Shown here one piece after another: positions 28,124 through 40,960 of a stretch of DNA of 64,000 bases. The notes beneath the pieces are model-generated. The model saw nothing but the letters and a program-made list of their open reading frames with translations, did no database searches and was not told the origin of the DNA. The position numbers and the translations under genes are program-made. Within the stretch, counting starts at the first letter, position 1. The number at the start of each line of letters is the position of its first letter. The stretch comes from Hydrolagus affinis (lineage: Eukaryota): positions 1 to 64,000 of the forward strand of contig JAAILG010001560.1 of NCBI GenBank assembly GCA_012026655.1. The letters run 5' to 3'.

Positions 28124-28222
28124 GATCAATCAATCCATCAATCAATCCATCAATTCACCAACCAATCAACCCACCCACAACCAACCAACCCACCCACCCA
28201 CAACCAACCAACTAACCAATCA
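28124..28222 (+). repeat. Compound tetranucleotide microsatellite (ATCA/ATCC grading to ACCA/ACCC)
   Basis: Directly visible. Confidence 0.85.
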
Positions 28223-29792
28223 CAGAGCAATATTTCCACTCAAACGCACACCTGCCAATCATCCCAGTCAGTGTGACTTTGAGCTGCACTTGTAGGTCAC
28301 AATTACAGGTTGTCAATCCTACTGCAAACTCACACCTGTCAATCAGTCTATGACATTCTACAACAAATACACCATCACCCAAGGGCAACGGGCCAGTAAT
28401 TCTGAATCCTTTTTAGCAGATACTAAAAATAAAAAAATGATAAAAGCCTATGGACGGTATTTAGCGTTCATTCATTGTAGTGAATTAATATGTCTTATTA
28501 ATATGCTTGCAACATTTTAGATGTTTTTGTCAACTGATTTGCATCTTAAAAGCCTTTCATTGAAAAGAAATTGCAATGGAAGCAGTTCTTCTCCTGATAT
28601 TGTTTATTGCAATTTTTCTGCAAGGCATTTAGATAACAAAAAAAAATCCTGATTTAAGCTTGGATAATCAAACCTAACCTATCAAAACATCACTTTTTGC
28701 AAGCTTCAGCATTGAATTTCAATGAAAGGTCTCAGAATACGAGGATTTTTTTTTCCAGCAACTTGGACAAGTGCAAAACTAAATCAGGAATCCTAGGGAT
28801 GCTTAACCATGTTTGGCTTTGGATGCAACTAAAATTGTGGCACTTGTGCAATGCACAGCGGTATCAAAATACCATTTTCTACGATTTGAACAATTGATAT
28901 GTAATGGCATATTCTCCTTCACGCTACTTCTACCGAGGTCAAGTCAGAACAACACAGATAGGTTATTTTACTTTGAAAATTTGAAATTCACAATTTTTAC
29001 CCTAAAACTACGCAAACTAAGGGAACTGAACCTGGAATCTTCTACTTTATGGCAACAAGGTAAGCCATTATTAAGAAACATATAATTTGTAAAGTCTTTA
29101 ATTGGTGATCATGAGGCAGAGTATGCTCGTGGTTTCTTTATTTGAAATAAATCTTGTTATGCTGTCAAAGTGAGTCATGTTAATGGAGGAATTCCCCCTC
29201 CCCGTGGCTTGGCCTCAGGCTCCGCAACTGAGAAGCTTTCTGAGACACTGCCTGCGTGGAGGGCACTATACAAATGCAAGTTGTTGTTGGTGACATTTGA
29301 ACATTCTTTCTGCAACTCTTGAGCATTTCTGAGTCAGACATATGAGCAAAAATATAACTTCTTTCTTTCTCTATAAAGTAGATGGATTCATGAAGAAATA
29401 CTTTAATCTTTTCATGTTGACTTCATGCCATTAGAAGCATAAATTTAACACAAAATTCCTAGTACTGTATATGGCAACAGAAAATCACTTAGAATCGGCC
29501 TCCAGACACGATCCAAGTTAGCAGCTCAACACTGCATTAGTTGCTATGCAGACGTGTTACACTGGAGCCAGAACAGCACTCCAGAAATCAACATGCGTTA
29601 TGATGGGCCCATCAAAGTGAATCCAGCTGCTTAGTGGCACAACTCCAACTCCCCAGGGATGGTACTTGTAAGTAAATTAAGTGTGTGCAGCTGGGTGAAG
29701 CAGCAGACATGTGGCGCTTTGGTTACCAAAAACATAGAATGCCATAGTACAAGTGTAAATTATCTGTAAATGCAACTAGAAATGTCTAAAAT

Positions 29793-30030
29793 TATAGAAT
29801 TTATACAACACAGGAGGCTATTTAGTTATATGTGCTTGTGCCAGCTCTCTGGAAGAGCTATCCACTTGGTTTCACTTCCATATTCTTTCCCCATACTTGC
29901 TAATAGGTAAATATTTAGATAACTTCCTCTTTAAAGCTCTTAATAGATTATGTTTCAACCATGCATTTTAGGATATTCCATTCCCTTAATAATTACTGCC
30001 AGAAACTGAACAGTTTCTCCCTATTTGAAT
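29793..30030 (-). mobile_element. Old CR1 3' tail
   Basis: atagaatttatacaacacaggaggctattt...gccagctctctggaagagctatcca. Confidence 0.6.
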
Positions 30031-30037
30031 ATCTATC

Positions 30038-30440
30038 ATAACAACAACAAAATTGCACTTATATAACATCGGGAGAATGTCCCGAGGCGCTGAACAATCA
30101 GGTAGGGCCCCGAGCGGGGGGTGGGGTGGGGGGTGGGCGAGGTAGGGGAAAGAGGAAGGAGAGTGGGAGAGGGGGAAGAGTTAGTGGGGCAGCCGAAGGC
30201 GTGGTTGAAGAGGAAGGTCCTGAGACCGGCCTTGAAGGAGGAAAGGGAGGAAGCAAGGCAGAGGGGCTGCAGGATGGAGTTCCACAGTGTGGGAGCAGAG
30301 CGGCTGAAAGCCGGGCCGCCGATGGTTGGGCGGTTAGGGCGGTGCACGCGGAGTAGGCCTAAGTCCGCTGAACGAAGGGGACGGGCAGTCTGATAGGGAG
30401 ACAGTAGGTCAGAGAGATGGGCGGGGGCAAGGCCTTGAAT
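30038..30440 (-). mobile_element. L2 LINE 3' end (GC-rich, fairly young)
   Basis: (CAA)n tail; GGPAFSRSAPTLWNSI...SFKAGLRTFLF. Confidence 0.9.
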
Positions 30441-30530
30441 GGGTGGTCCAACCTTTCCGCTGTTGAGGGCAGGATACCGGATTTAAGAAACACTCCCGGG
30501 TTGCATAAGCAATATTTTAGTATTTCCTTT
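30441..30530 (+). mobile_element. Possible truncated hAT-like end
   Basis: gggtggtccaaccttt resembles hAT termini; no partner end found. Confidence 0.35.
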
Positions 30531-30678
30531 CCAGGAACCTAACCCCCAAGGATCATATAGAAATCCTAGGTTTTTAATTGTGTAATTTTATTTCATTAAA
30601 TTTTAGTTACAATGCAAACTTTAAACAATAGAAAAATTAATAGAAACTTTTAAACAATAATGCAGCCAGCTATGAACA

Positions 30679-30851
30679 TCTGTCTCTCTGTATCTGCGTG
30701 TGTCTGTTTGTGTGTCAATCAGTCTTTCTGTCTGTGTGTCTCTGCATCTGTCTCTCTGTCCATCTGTACCTTTCTATCTGTATGCATGTGTCTCTGTATC
30801 TGTCTGTCTCTGTAACTATCTATGTGTGTCTGTGTCTGTATCTCTCTCTCT
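30679..30851 (+). repeat. Degenerate (TCTG/TG)n microsatellite
   Basis: Directly visible; explains the spurious 137-aa ORF. Confidence 0.85.
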
Positions 30852-33800
30852 CCAGTTCCCAGTTTGAAAGTGATTTAAGAGGTTCTCCTGCTAACCTATG
30901 TTTGTCACTGTTTTTCCCACAGCATCAGACTAGACCTGGGCTCCAGACACACAGTGTGACTATATTTGTACGTCAGATGAAATCATCCCCCAGGCCTGAT
31001 GCAGCCTGTGGGTTGCTGTTTGGATCAGTCTGGATAAGGTATTACAATCAAACAACATCTAGACATGTCATCATCCATGGCTTACGTATGTTATGCTCCT
31101 CTGTGGACTGAACTTCTCAATCAATCCCAACATCAGTTTCCCAAGAAACCAGCTCTCTTCACTAGGTTTTAGTGTTTTCATAGAAACCTTTAAAACCTTT
31201 AATCTTTAAAAACTTTGAAAGCTTTTGGAGCGCTTTGGGACATACTCTTGAAACAAAAAAGCATTATCAAATACAAGGATTCTTAAAATGTTTTGATATA
31301 AAATGTGTGCCAGGAAAGTAGTGTACTTAAAATAATATTTAATACATTGAAAAAAAGTATAAAACTATATTTTGGATTGTTTTGAAAAGTAATTTTGTTG
31401 TTGTTATTACTACAGTGCGTTGTTATTACTGCAGTTGGTTGTCATCCATAGGAACATGCTGTGGGCATTTCCCAATTTCTGCATTCATGCTTAATATTAT
31501 GGCGCTTTAAAGGACAAGGAACATGGGAGTGAGTACTGAATTCCAAGTGTGGAATTTAATTAAGCCTTCTTCTGTTTGGACCTGATTATAATTTTTAATT
31601 AGTATTAGCTAGATTGTTCCTCTAAGTTAACATCCGTTTTTTAAATCACACCAAATGTTATTCTCTGGCTAATAGGTTATTTAAGGCCTGGCCTCAGCTT
31701 CTGCTAGTCCACAGTCTATGAATAATCAAGCATAGAAATGTGAAAGTGGCTTAGAATTAGTATCCCTCCATATTGGGAGGCAAATTGACTACACTCAGTA
31801 TGACCTATTCATTTTCCCTATTTTGCCCTCTGACAAACCATTTAAGTTTAGAAACTCTCCTGTTTTGAAATTCAGGGGTAAAACTCCATCCCATCAGGTT
31901 CTTGTACAATTCGCTGGTACTCCATTGCAAAATGCCACCCTATGTTAAAAGCAATTTATGGTCTATAAACTTAGCATTCTTGTGTCTAGTTTGTTTTGTA
32001 AATGTAAAATACTAGTACATTTTCATATTTATGAAATCAATTGCAGCAAATTCCAAGCACATATTCAACTAAATTTTCTTTTCTTTTTTAAGTTATTTGA
32101 GTAGTAAGCCTAAATTATTCAGGCCTCATAATTAGCAGAACACTACACAGATTTTAATATAAATTATTGACTAAATTGGGTTACTAAGATTAGCATATTG
32201 GTAACATTTGTCTTCCACTTTCAATTATAATGTCAGTTGTATATGAATCACAAGTATCACAGCACTTTCATCACTCCATACAGCACCTACATTCGGTTCA
32301 AGTCAGCAGTTAATATTCGATTAGTATTGGAGCCATGTCTTCACTGCTGCACACATATTGGCCTCTAGCATCTGATCTGAAATTCAATTTTGCTCTGCAG
32401 AATTGTATGTCATATTTTCTGTGAACAAAGCATTCTGGCTCTTCAGAAATCTCTCCAGATTCAGAATGTTGATCATTTGCCAAGAAATGATTCAGAATGC
32501 AGTTGTACATGGCAGAAAACACTGCAAATTAAATCAATGCTACCTGCAAAAACAGACCCAATTCTAATCATATTTTTACTCAATGCTCTTGGTATAGATG
32601 TGCCCAATTACTTACACATCAGCTATACTGGGTGGAAGTAATCTAAACACTATCTTTGCCCATTCAATACTATCTTAGTCCATGCTTTGGTGAGTCCCAC
32701 GAGGCAAAGTCAGGACCCGTCAACATAGATGCAAACATGTGGGGAAGGCAATACATCATACCACCAGTGTATCCTGTGAAGCACTTTGAAACATCTCAAC
32801 AAAATGCTAAAATGCAAAGATTATTATTATGTGTAACCTAATACCCACTGGAGGCTGTGGTTGAAGGATGAAAATTACACAAGGCACCTGTTTTTGATTA
32901 ATATCCAACAACACCCATCATTTAAAACTGGAGGAATGATGATATACAATTGAAATTGTTCTAGGTGCTTATGTATTAGTGCTAAAAAGTTCTCCATATT
33001 TTATAATAGAAAGTAGCATTACAGAGTCAAACTCTAGAGTAACCTGCTAACAGCACACCTCTGTTGACAGTAAATTGCATGCTAGACTTTATTACAGAAA
33101 TGTGATTGCTACTGACCTATCATAATAATAATGATGTTTCATGAAAAATTAAAACACTTCCATTTTGTAGGTCATAAATTGCCGTGGAGTATGTCTTTCA
33201 GAACAATGAAGCGGAGTACCTCTGATTACAATCTCTGACTAGATACAGAATGACTATTGCACTTTGAATGTTTATATGGTTCTATTACAGCAAATGAATG
33301 GTTTCAGGGTCACAATCCCTTTTGCAAATGGCCATTCGGTTTGAAGTTAGACTCACAAAATGAAAGGAACTCAATCTATCCAGAGTCTTTGACTCAATTC
33401 TTGAAATAGTGAATCAAATTTCACTTCTGAAAATTTTATTGCAGTAGAACTCAAACAAGTATATTAGGATTGGCTCTTCATATAAAATCCCATAGGATTG
33501 TTTTACGAGTACAAGTCATTACGTGACAAATAACATAATAACATTCTATCTTTGGGCACTTAACTATTCACTTGAAAAACAAATAAAAATTGACATTTGA
33601 AAAGTTCAAACAGTTCTGATTTATTCAGAAATTGCTTACAAGAATATGACTAATTAAAAGCCCACGCAGAGGTAATCGGTAAACACTGAATATGTGTTAC
33701 TTCATGAAGTTGAAAGTCTCATAAATCATGACAGAAGTGTTAGGGTACACCCTTCACATCAGTGACGACATTTATGATTGGCTTGTGGAGAGTCACCTAA

Positions 33801-34921
33801 ACTTGAATCATGTTCCACATTTTGATTTATTTTTCCTATCAATTTTCTCCTCTCCTATCTTGAAGGCAGTTATCATTCTGAATTATACTTTCACGTGTGA
33901 CAATTGCTGGAACTCAACCAAAGTCTGTTTTTATGTGTTATTCAAGCAGGATATTGTATGGACTATTTGCTGGGAAAGAGCCCATTGAACAGCAATTCAA
34001 ACCCTTTTCTCCTCCTCGTGCTCCATCAAATACCTGTTGACTTTGTGGCAGAGTATGAGAGTGGATATTGCAGAAAGAATATCAAAGGAAAGTTCAGCAT
34101 TGTTTTCACAATGGACTGGTAGAGGAGAAGAAATCTCCATCATCAGGCCAAATAATTTATGACTTTGCAACACCCTGAATTCCAACATAGTTACAACTGT
34201 TACTTTCTTTACACGTTCAGGTAAAGGCCATGTAGTTCCAGTGCCAGCTACCAGTTTTTACTTTACAGGACTTGTTTGGTTTCCACAATCATTCAAAACA
34301 CCCAGGTGAATGAGAAATAGCTACATGATCAAAAAATGTTACATGCGGGTATCAAGTTTGTGCAGGGGTTTTTGTCCCAGTTTAATCCCACTTGCCTGCT
34401 TGGTCTCCATACACTTTATTATTCTTTCGACCAAGCATCTATCAAGTTCCATTTCAAAGTAATTTGTGATTTATTATCAAATGAATGAAAATATTTATAG
34501 TCAGACAGTCCATCATTAAGATAATGTAGGCCCAAACATGCTTTATCTGCTGGACACAGAGGCTGAGAGCAAGATGAATAATCTTTTTGATCAATGTACC
34601 TCTGTACTTTTGATGTTTTCTACACTCATATTTTCTTATATTAGGAAGATCAAGTTTCACCATGTAATTTTGTTGTTGCTGTTGTTCCACCACCATAAAA
34701 CAGATTAAACCGTGAATAACCATAAGATTCATGATTAATGAGGACTAGCTCTGCTTGTAGTCTTCATATGAGCAATATGCCCTCTTTTGCTTTCCATTAC
34801 TAATGCTGGTTTGATTTTAATGGACTCATTTATTTGATAGCATCCTTGTGAATGTACACCACAGCTGAACTGACTAGCAATTACTTAAATCAGCTTTTTG
34901 CAATGTAGTATTAAATCTGTG

Positions 34922-34989
34922 TCTAAAGTACTATAATCTAAGAATATAAATCTAAAGTACTATAATCTAAGAATATAATCTAAGAATAT
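34922..34989 (+). repeat. Short tandem duplication (about 29-nt unit tctaaagtactataatctaagaatataa)
   Basis: Directly visible. Confidence 0.8.
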
Positions 34990-36439
34990 CAGGTGCTCCC
35001 AGATCATGATGACACTTGTGCATATTACATACTGTTCTGCTGTATTTTTCTTGTATACAAATGACAAAAATAGCAAGAAAGATTATAAAAACAAACAGTT
35101 TGGCATATATTCATTCACCCTGTATACAAGATTTGCATTAACATATAAATATTTTTTCCCCCAATGGTATTGGTATCTCTTTGCTCATTTTAATTTTTCC
35201 TTTGATATTATTCTCTTGATTATTTTGATCCCAAGGTACCACTAGCCAATCCGAATTATCACCTGCTATAATAGCATTAATAATAAGGCTTTATGTTGCA
35301 TTAATATAATTTTGTGAGTTGATTTAAATCTATAAATTATAATTTATGTAATGAATTATGACACATGAAGATAATTCCTTTTCACTAGTTGTAATCTTTT
35401 GTGGTCACAACTTTTCTTTGTAGTAGCTGTATATGTCATGAGAATTGTTTAATCAGTTCTTTACTTTATGGGTTTTCTTTTGCTTTAATGTTAATCTAGT
35501 TTTATTATTCATTGCCCCTCCTCTTTATGTTTCCCGTTCTTGATCTTAACCAAACATAATGAAGGAATTCACTGCTAACACTCTATCCTTATCATTTCTA
35601 CTTCAATGGTACAAATTCCTCAGCGCTATTCAAAAGATTTTGCTGAGATTTCATGTAATGTTCTACGTAGTCTTCTTCGTATGACTGCCTTAATTTCATA
35701 GTGTCTCTGAAAACAAGACAACAAGCCTCCATATCGAGGGTTTTTTTTAGCTTTTATCTGAACATACCTGTGATTTAATATTATTTTGTTTTTGAAGAAT
35801 TTGTTTATATTTTCATTTGAAACATAAGTTAATTATTCCTATACTTCTATTTCAGTCAAATTATCACAATATCCTTCAAGCAAATTGTCTCTCAAAAATA
35901 TATAAAACACTTGGCATAGACACAGACACAGTGCTCACTAGCCTTTGGTGTGAGGCTGGAAGGTGCATCAGTAGTAGGGAACAAACTCTTCTTTTTTGTC
36001 CTAAGGTAAGCACCTAGGCTTTACTCGGTAACTCTCTACTGTAAACATGACTGTAGTCAGGAATTCAGTGTGTGGGAATTGGTGGTTAGGACCTATGTCC
36101 CAGCACACTGGTGCTTGAGGTTAGTAATTTAAAAGCTGTCACACCCCACAAGTTTCACATTATTTATACTGCCAGTTTATAGGAAGCTAAAGCATTCTGT
36201 CTTTCCAGAACCATTTATTAAGTTATTTTTCACACCATTTCCTGCCATTTCCCAAAGCTTTTATATCAGTGGTAGCAGTTACATAATTATCCAAGTCCAT
36301 TTAAAGTGACACAATTCAGTTGGTATCAGTATCCTCTTACAGTAAAATGTTCCACATCCTATTTCTGACTTTGTCCTCTTTGCTTCTAGTAACAATCTTG
36401 AGTTTATGTACTTTGTCTCCAATTCAACAATAAAAGGTA

Positions 36440-36972
36440 ATAATCTAATCTCACAAACTCTTTCATTCTTTCAACATTTATCTGTCTCTACGGTAGAGAG
36501 ATCAATATCTGTCTTCACTACATCTCATCGAACAGCTTGCTTCTCCTGTCATGTGTGGTGTTCCTCTAGGCTCTATTCTTTGATCCTCTCCTTTTCTTCA
36601 TCTACTTCACCATTAGTGATATCACCTGGATCCATTTTCAACTCCATGTATAAGACCCATATATGTAGAAGACACTCTTTTTATCTCCATTCTCAAGTCT
36701 AGACTAGTGCTTTCTGAAAGACAGTTTGTTAGGCATCAGGTCCTGTATGAGCCTTAACATTCTCCAACTCAAGGTTGACAAAATAGTATTTTGCTCATTC
36801 CTGCCAGTGCCTCCCCATCTCAGGCACTGAATGTATCAGTTGCTGCTTACTCATGGAGCCTGCGGGGAATCTTGGTGTCTGTTCCACCTTCCGTTTTCCG
36901 TTTAAGTCTTTTATCCGGGCTCTGACCAAATCTGCTTTCCTCCGTCTGCACAACATCACTTACCTTTGCGAT
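36440..36972 (+). mobile_element. Old degenerate L2 RT fragment
   Basis: tgtggtgttcctctaggctctatt (GVPQGS-like), ctccaactcaaggttgacaaa, aatcttggtgtc. Confidence 0.6.
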
Positions 36973-38371
36973 TAGTGCACCATTATCAGGACACCTCATT
37001 ATTGGATGGTACCCCACCAATATATAAGTGGAGTTGATTAGATTTCTGGATTATTATATTATTATTATATTATAACCCATTTAGATTATTATGTTGAAGA
37101 TAATAATCTGCAGAGTAATAAAATATGGTGATACAATAACGGGTTGAGATGTCTGAAGTATTGAAGATTACAGTAGTGTCATATCTCCTAGATTAATTTG
37201 TGCCAATGAATACAATCCAAAGAATCAATTAAAAACAAATATTTAAACTTACCAAGCTTCACCCTTTCCTGTTCCTTTTACAGCAATAGCCAGTTTGCCT
37301 CTGCGATTAAATCATATGGCTTGGCAAACAGGGGTATTGACAAGCTGAGACACCAGAATTTATCTAAACAAATATCCTAAACTTGCATAGATAACAAAAT
37401 AACCATGTTGAAAGTCACTCACAAATCATTCTGCACTGAAGGAATCAGAACTGAAAGGCATACTCTTTTCCTCTGGTACTATTAGAAATCTTTTGATCTC
37501 ATGGATGTTCAAGAGCATCAAAGACTCCATTTGAGAGGTATATTATTTGGAAGGTTATCAAGGGCTGAAGATGGTTTTGCTATTAATAACTTAAAATAAG
37601 AGTACAATTTACCACTTATAATTACTTAAAACATGAAGTTTACTTTACCAACATTATAAATAATATCAATTGTTCATTTTTATGTTCTTAATAGCTGTGG
37701 CAAAGGTGCTACCCTGCTTTTAAGGACATTTTATAGATGCAAGTTTTTATTGATAGCCACTATACTGTACATATTAGTTTTTTCCCCCACGTAGAGGTTA
37801 CACAGTGCAGGTTTGAACTGAATAAAATCTAAAATGTGCAGCAAGTATCCCTAGCTTGCTTCTGTACAGAAGAAATAGGCTTCTGAATAAAATGAACTGT
37901 TCAGGCAAGAATAGTTGAACGGGACAATCCATCTCACTCGCAGGATGGTTCCTTCAGATAGGTGCTAGGCAAGAATATTTTTCATTTCCACAAAGCTAAT
38001 TTATTGTCTCTTTTAAAAAAAAGGCATGATTTCATTAGTACAGCTTGGAGTGAACTGCACAGCAACTCTAGTAACCTTATTGTTTCCCATGACTGCCGCT
38101 GCTGAAATCTTTCAAAGAATGTCACATTTAGTAAGAAGTAATAAACATCACTAAAACAGCTTACATCATTGAGCCAACAAGCTGGATTATATGAAAATAG
38201 ACCAATTCCCAAATGGAAGCTGCAGCATTGCATTGGGTCTTTGTGTTAGATCGGTGTTTTTTAATCAGATATCCCAAATCATGGATAATTTGTGATTAAA
38301 GATCAAAAGCAAGTTTATTCTTTGTTTACTGGCAGTGTTGCAGAAGTCTGACTGTAGAGTGTTAAACTCAC

Positions 38372-38456
38372 TCGGTCGGCGTTGTAGCTGGATGGGACGC
38401 GCGTTCCTCTGGAACAAACTCTGCCAGGAAGAGGAGGACGGAGCAGAGGGCCCAGC
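38372..38456 (-). CDS. CCSER2: CCSER2 85-nt frame-shifting (probably cassette) exon, phase 0/1
   Basis: About 60-nt pyrimidine tract ending ttcctgcacag|GCT; donor CCGA|gtgagt. Encodes AGPSAPSSSSWQSLFQRNARPIQLQRRP plus 1 nt; compare recalled human GGYSAPSFSPWQGSFQGIPRTVPPHRRQ. Confidence 0.85.
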
Positions 38457-39631
38457 CTGTGCAGGAAAGAGAGGGAAAGGAATGGAGGGAAGAAGGTATA
38501 AAAACAAAAAAAGAAATAAACTAGTTATGTCAGGAATAATTTGGACAGAATCAGACACACAGTGAAATTGCCTTTGGGAATTGAAAACAGCTAAGGAGCT
38601 GCTTTAGAAAGAACTATACCCTATAATTTTCAAACGATTCATTTTAATAGGTGTCACACAAAATTGCTGCAGAAAAACATAACTTGTAACACTGTATTTT
38701 AAATGGATTACAACCCACACACAGGAAATAGAAGCAACACCTTCTCCATAAGGATACATTCATGTAACATTTCCAGGTTGTGGAAGAAAGTGTAAGTGTA
38801 AGATTTAAATAAAGGAACCAGTGAATCTAAACTGCTTACAAACATTGCAGCTCAGACTTCCACCACTTCATATAGTAGTGCATTGGGTTAACCTGGATTG
38901 TTATGTTATGCTGCTTCTTCTGAAATTTTCAATCTTTCCCAACTATTCTAAGTTGTCTGTTATCCTATGCATTGTTTTGTGACAACGAATGTGACCAGCT
39001 CTGACAGAACCTCTTATTCAGTTGCGATATGATGTATGAGAACAACTGCATTTGATTTACTCTGCTAAGCAATATGACTAAGATAAATAGTGGAGATGAA
39101 CGTGTGTCCCATAGTTCTGTGGCATTTGAATAATGTAATATCTCATTGTCTCAATACTTCTGAATATAATGTACTTTCTAGTGTACTATTGTTGGTATAA
39201 GTGAGGAAGATGTGGGAATAATGGCAGAGAACTTTTCCAGTGCAGAAAACAGGCCAAAGTACCAAAGAAAATCTCCCTTGTGATTCATAAATGCTATTTA
39301 GAAACATTATGCAATTTCTAGTCATACAGCTTTTCTACAATCCACACCATCTAATGAAATATACATCAATTACATTAGAATCAGGAGATATTGATAATTG
39401 CTATAACCCAAAACACCACTACAGTCCTCAAATTTAAGTGTTATTTGACAAATGTCAGTGCACGAGGCAGCACCCCAGGTTGCTACTTTTTCAGGTGCCC
39501 CAAATCGCAAAGAAAAGTCTTCACTCTATTGTACACTCAAAAAACAATGCTCAAGGTGGAAAATTTCAACCTATACCAATATCAATGTGGATGGTGAAAA
39601 TTTTGTATTAATCTATAGATACATGATGTAC

Positions 39632-39994
39632 AGAATCTCTATTTCCACTCGTGGGCGAATCTGTGACTCGTGGTCACAGATTTAAAATAGTTTCAAGGCG
39701 AATTTCAACCTATACCAATATCAATGTGGATGGTGAAAATTTTGTATTAATCTATAGATACATGATGTACNNNNNNNNNNNNNNNNNNNNNNNNNNNNNN
39801 NNNNNNNNNNNNNNNNNNNNNNNNNNNNNNNNNNNNNNNNNNNNNNNNNNNNNNNNNNNNNNNNNNNNNNTATTAGGCTATGGGGAGCGGGCAGGGCAGT
39901 GGGATTGAATCGCTCTTTTCAAAGAGCCGGCACAGACTAGATGGGCCGAATGGCCTCCTTTTGTGCCGTAAAATTCTATGATTCTATGATTCTA
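39632..39994 (+). mobile_element. CR1 3' end spanning the assembly gap
   Basis: GESVTRGHRFKI before the gap; tgggccgaatggcctcct...(attctatg)n tail after it. Confidence 0.8.
39771..39870. other. Assembly gap (100 N)
   Basis: Run of N. Confidence 1.
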
Positions 39995-40779
39995 ATTCAG
40001 ACTAAACACAGAAAACATATGTAATTTACAGATCCCTCAATACTTCAGCTCTGGAGAAGCCAGAAAGAATGTGTCAGTGATACAAGTTTGATACAGGTTA
40101 CACTCCCAAATAAACAGATATATATATATATGTATGTATATTAGGTTATATACACTGTTCATTAATCTATTGTCACCAATATTTCTGCTCAAATGACACA
40201 TTGGACTAGACAAGACCATGGAATTTTATCTGCTTGGTCCCAAATGTATTATTTTTTAGATGCAAAACAAATAAAGCTACACTAATTCATTTATCACATC
40301 CCACAAGTGAATTATTCACCAAATAGCTAATACTCTCTGCCTCCTCCTAGTTCCTGGGCTGTTGTTCACAAATTCACAAATGCCTCATAGTTTCTACCCA
40401 GGTGACAGAAACTAACAAATTGAACAAACAATAAATACTGTATCTAAATTCCAAATCGTGACATACAGCAAATCTGTAATAATAGGAACAATTTCTGTAA
40501 AGATTATAACAGTGAGATTTTCAATTATAAATTTCTTGTCAATTGCAATTGAAAAGAATGAAGCAACTCTTAAATATCATCTTAAAATATTATTTAATTT
40601 AACTGATAATTTCAGTTTAACAATCATTTGCCCTTGTATAGCATCTTCATATAAGTAAATGTTTCAGAAGTTTCTCACAAAGGTGGATGGAGTGCTACTG
40701 TACTGGGAGACAGTTGGGGGAAAGTGAAGAGGTATTGTATATACTTTAAATATTCATATTGAAAGAAAACTTGCCTACC

Positions 40780-40960
40780 AATAGTTGTATAGAGTGGTCA
40801 GGGATAATGAAGCAAGACATAGTTGGCAGAGCGATAGCAGGTGGCGGGGAGTAGGATTCTAGAAGATTGTAGAGGTAGGAAGTGGCAAACCTCTGGATGT
40901 ATTTGAAGTTATAAAAGCAACTTAAAAATTGTGAATTCAGTTTTAATTTGGATGGTGTTC
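40780..40960 (-). mobile_element. Old L2 3' fragment
   Basis: FKYIQRFATSYLYNLLESYSP resembles L2 FKALHGLAPSYL. Confidence 0.55.

Noticed and set aside
30698-31111. 137-aa hydrophobic ORF
   Set aside because: Translation of a (TCTG)n microsatellite.
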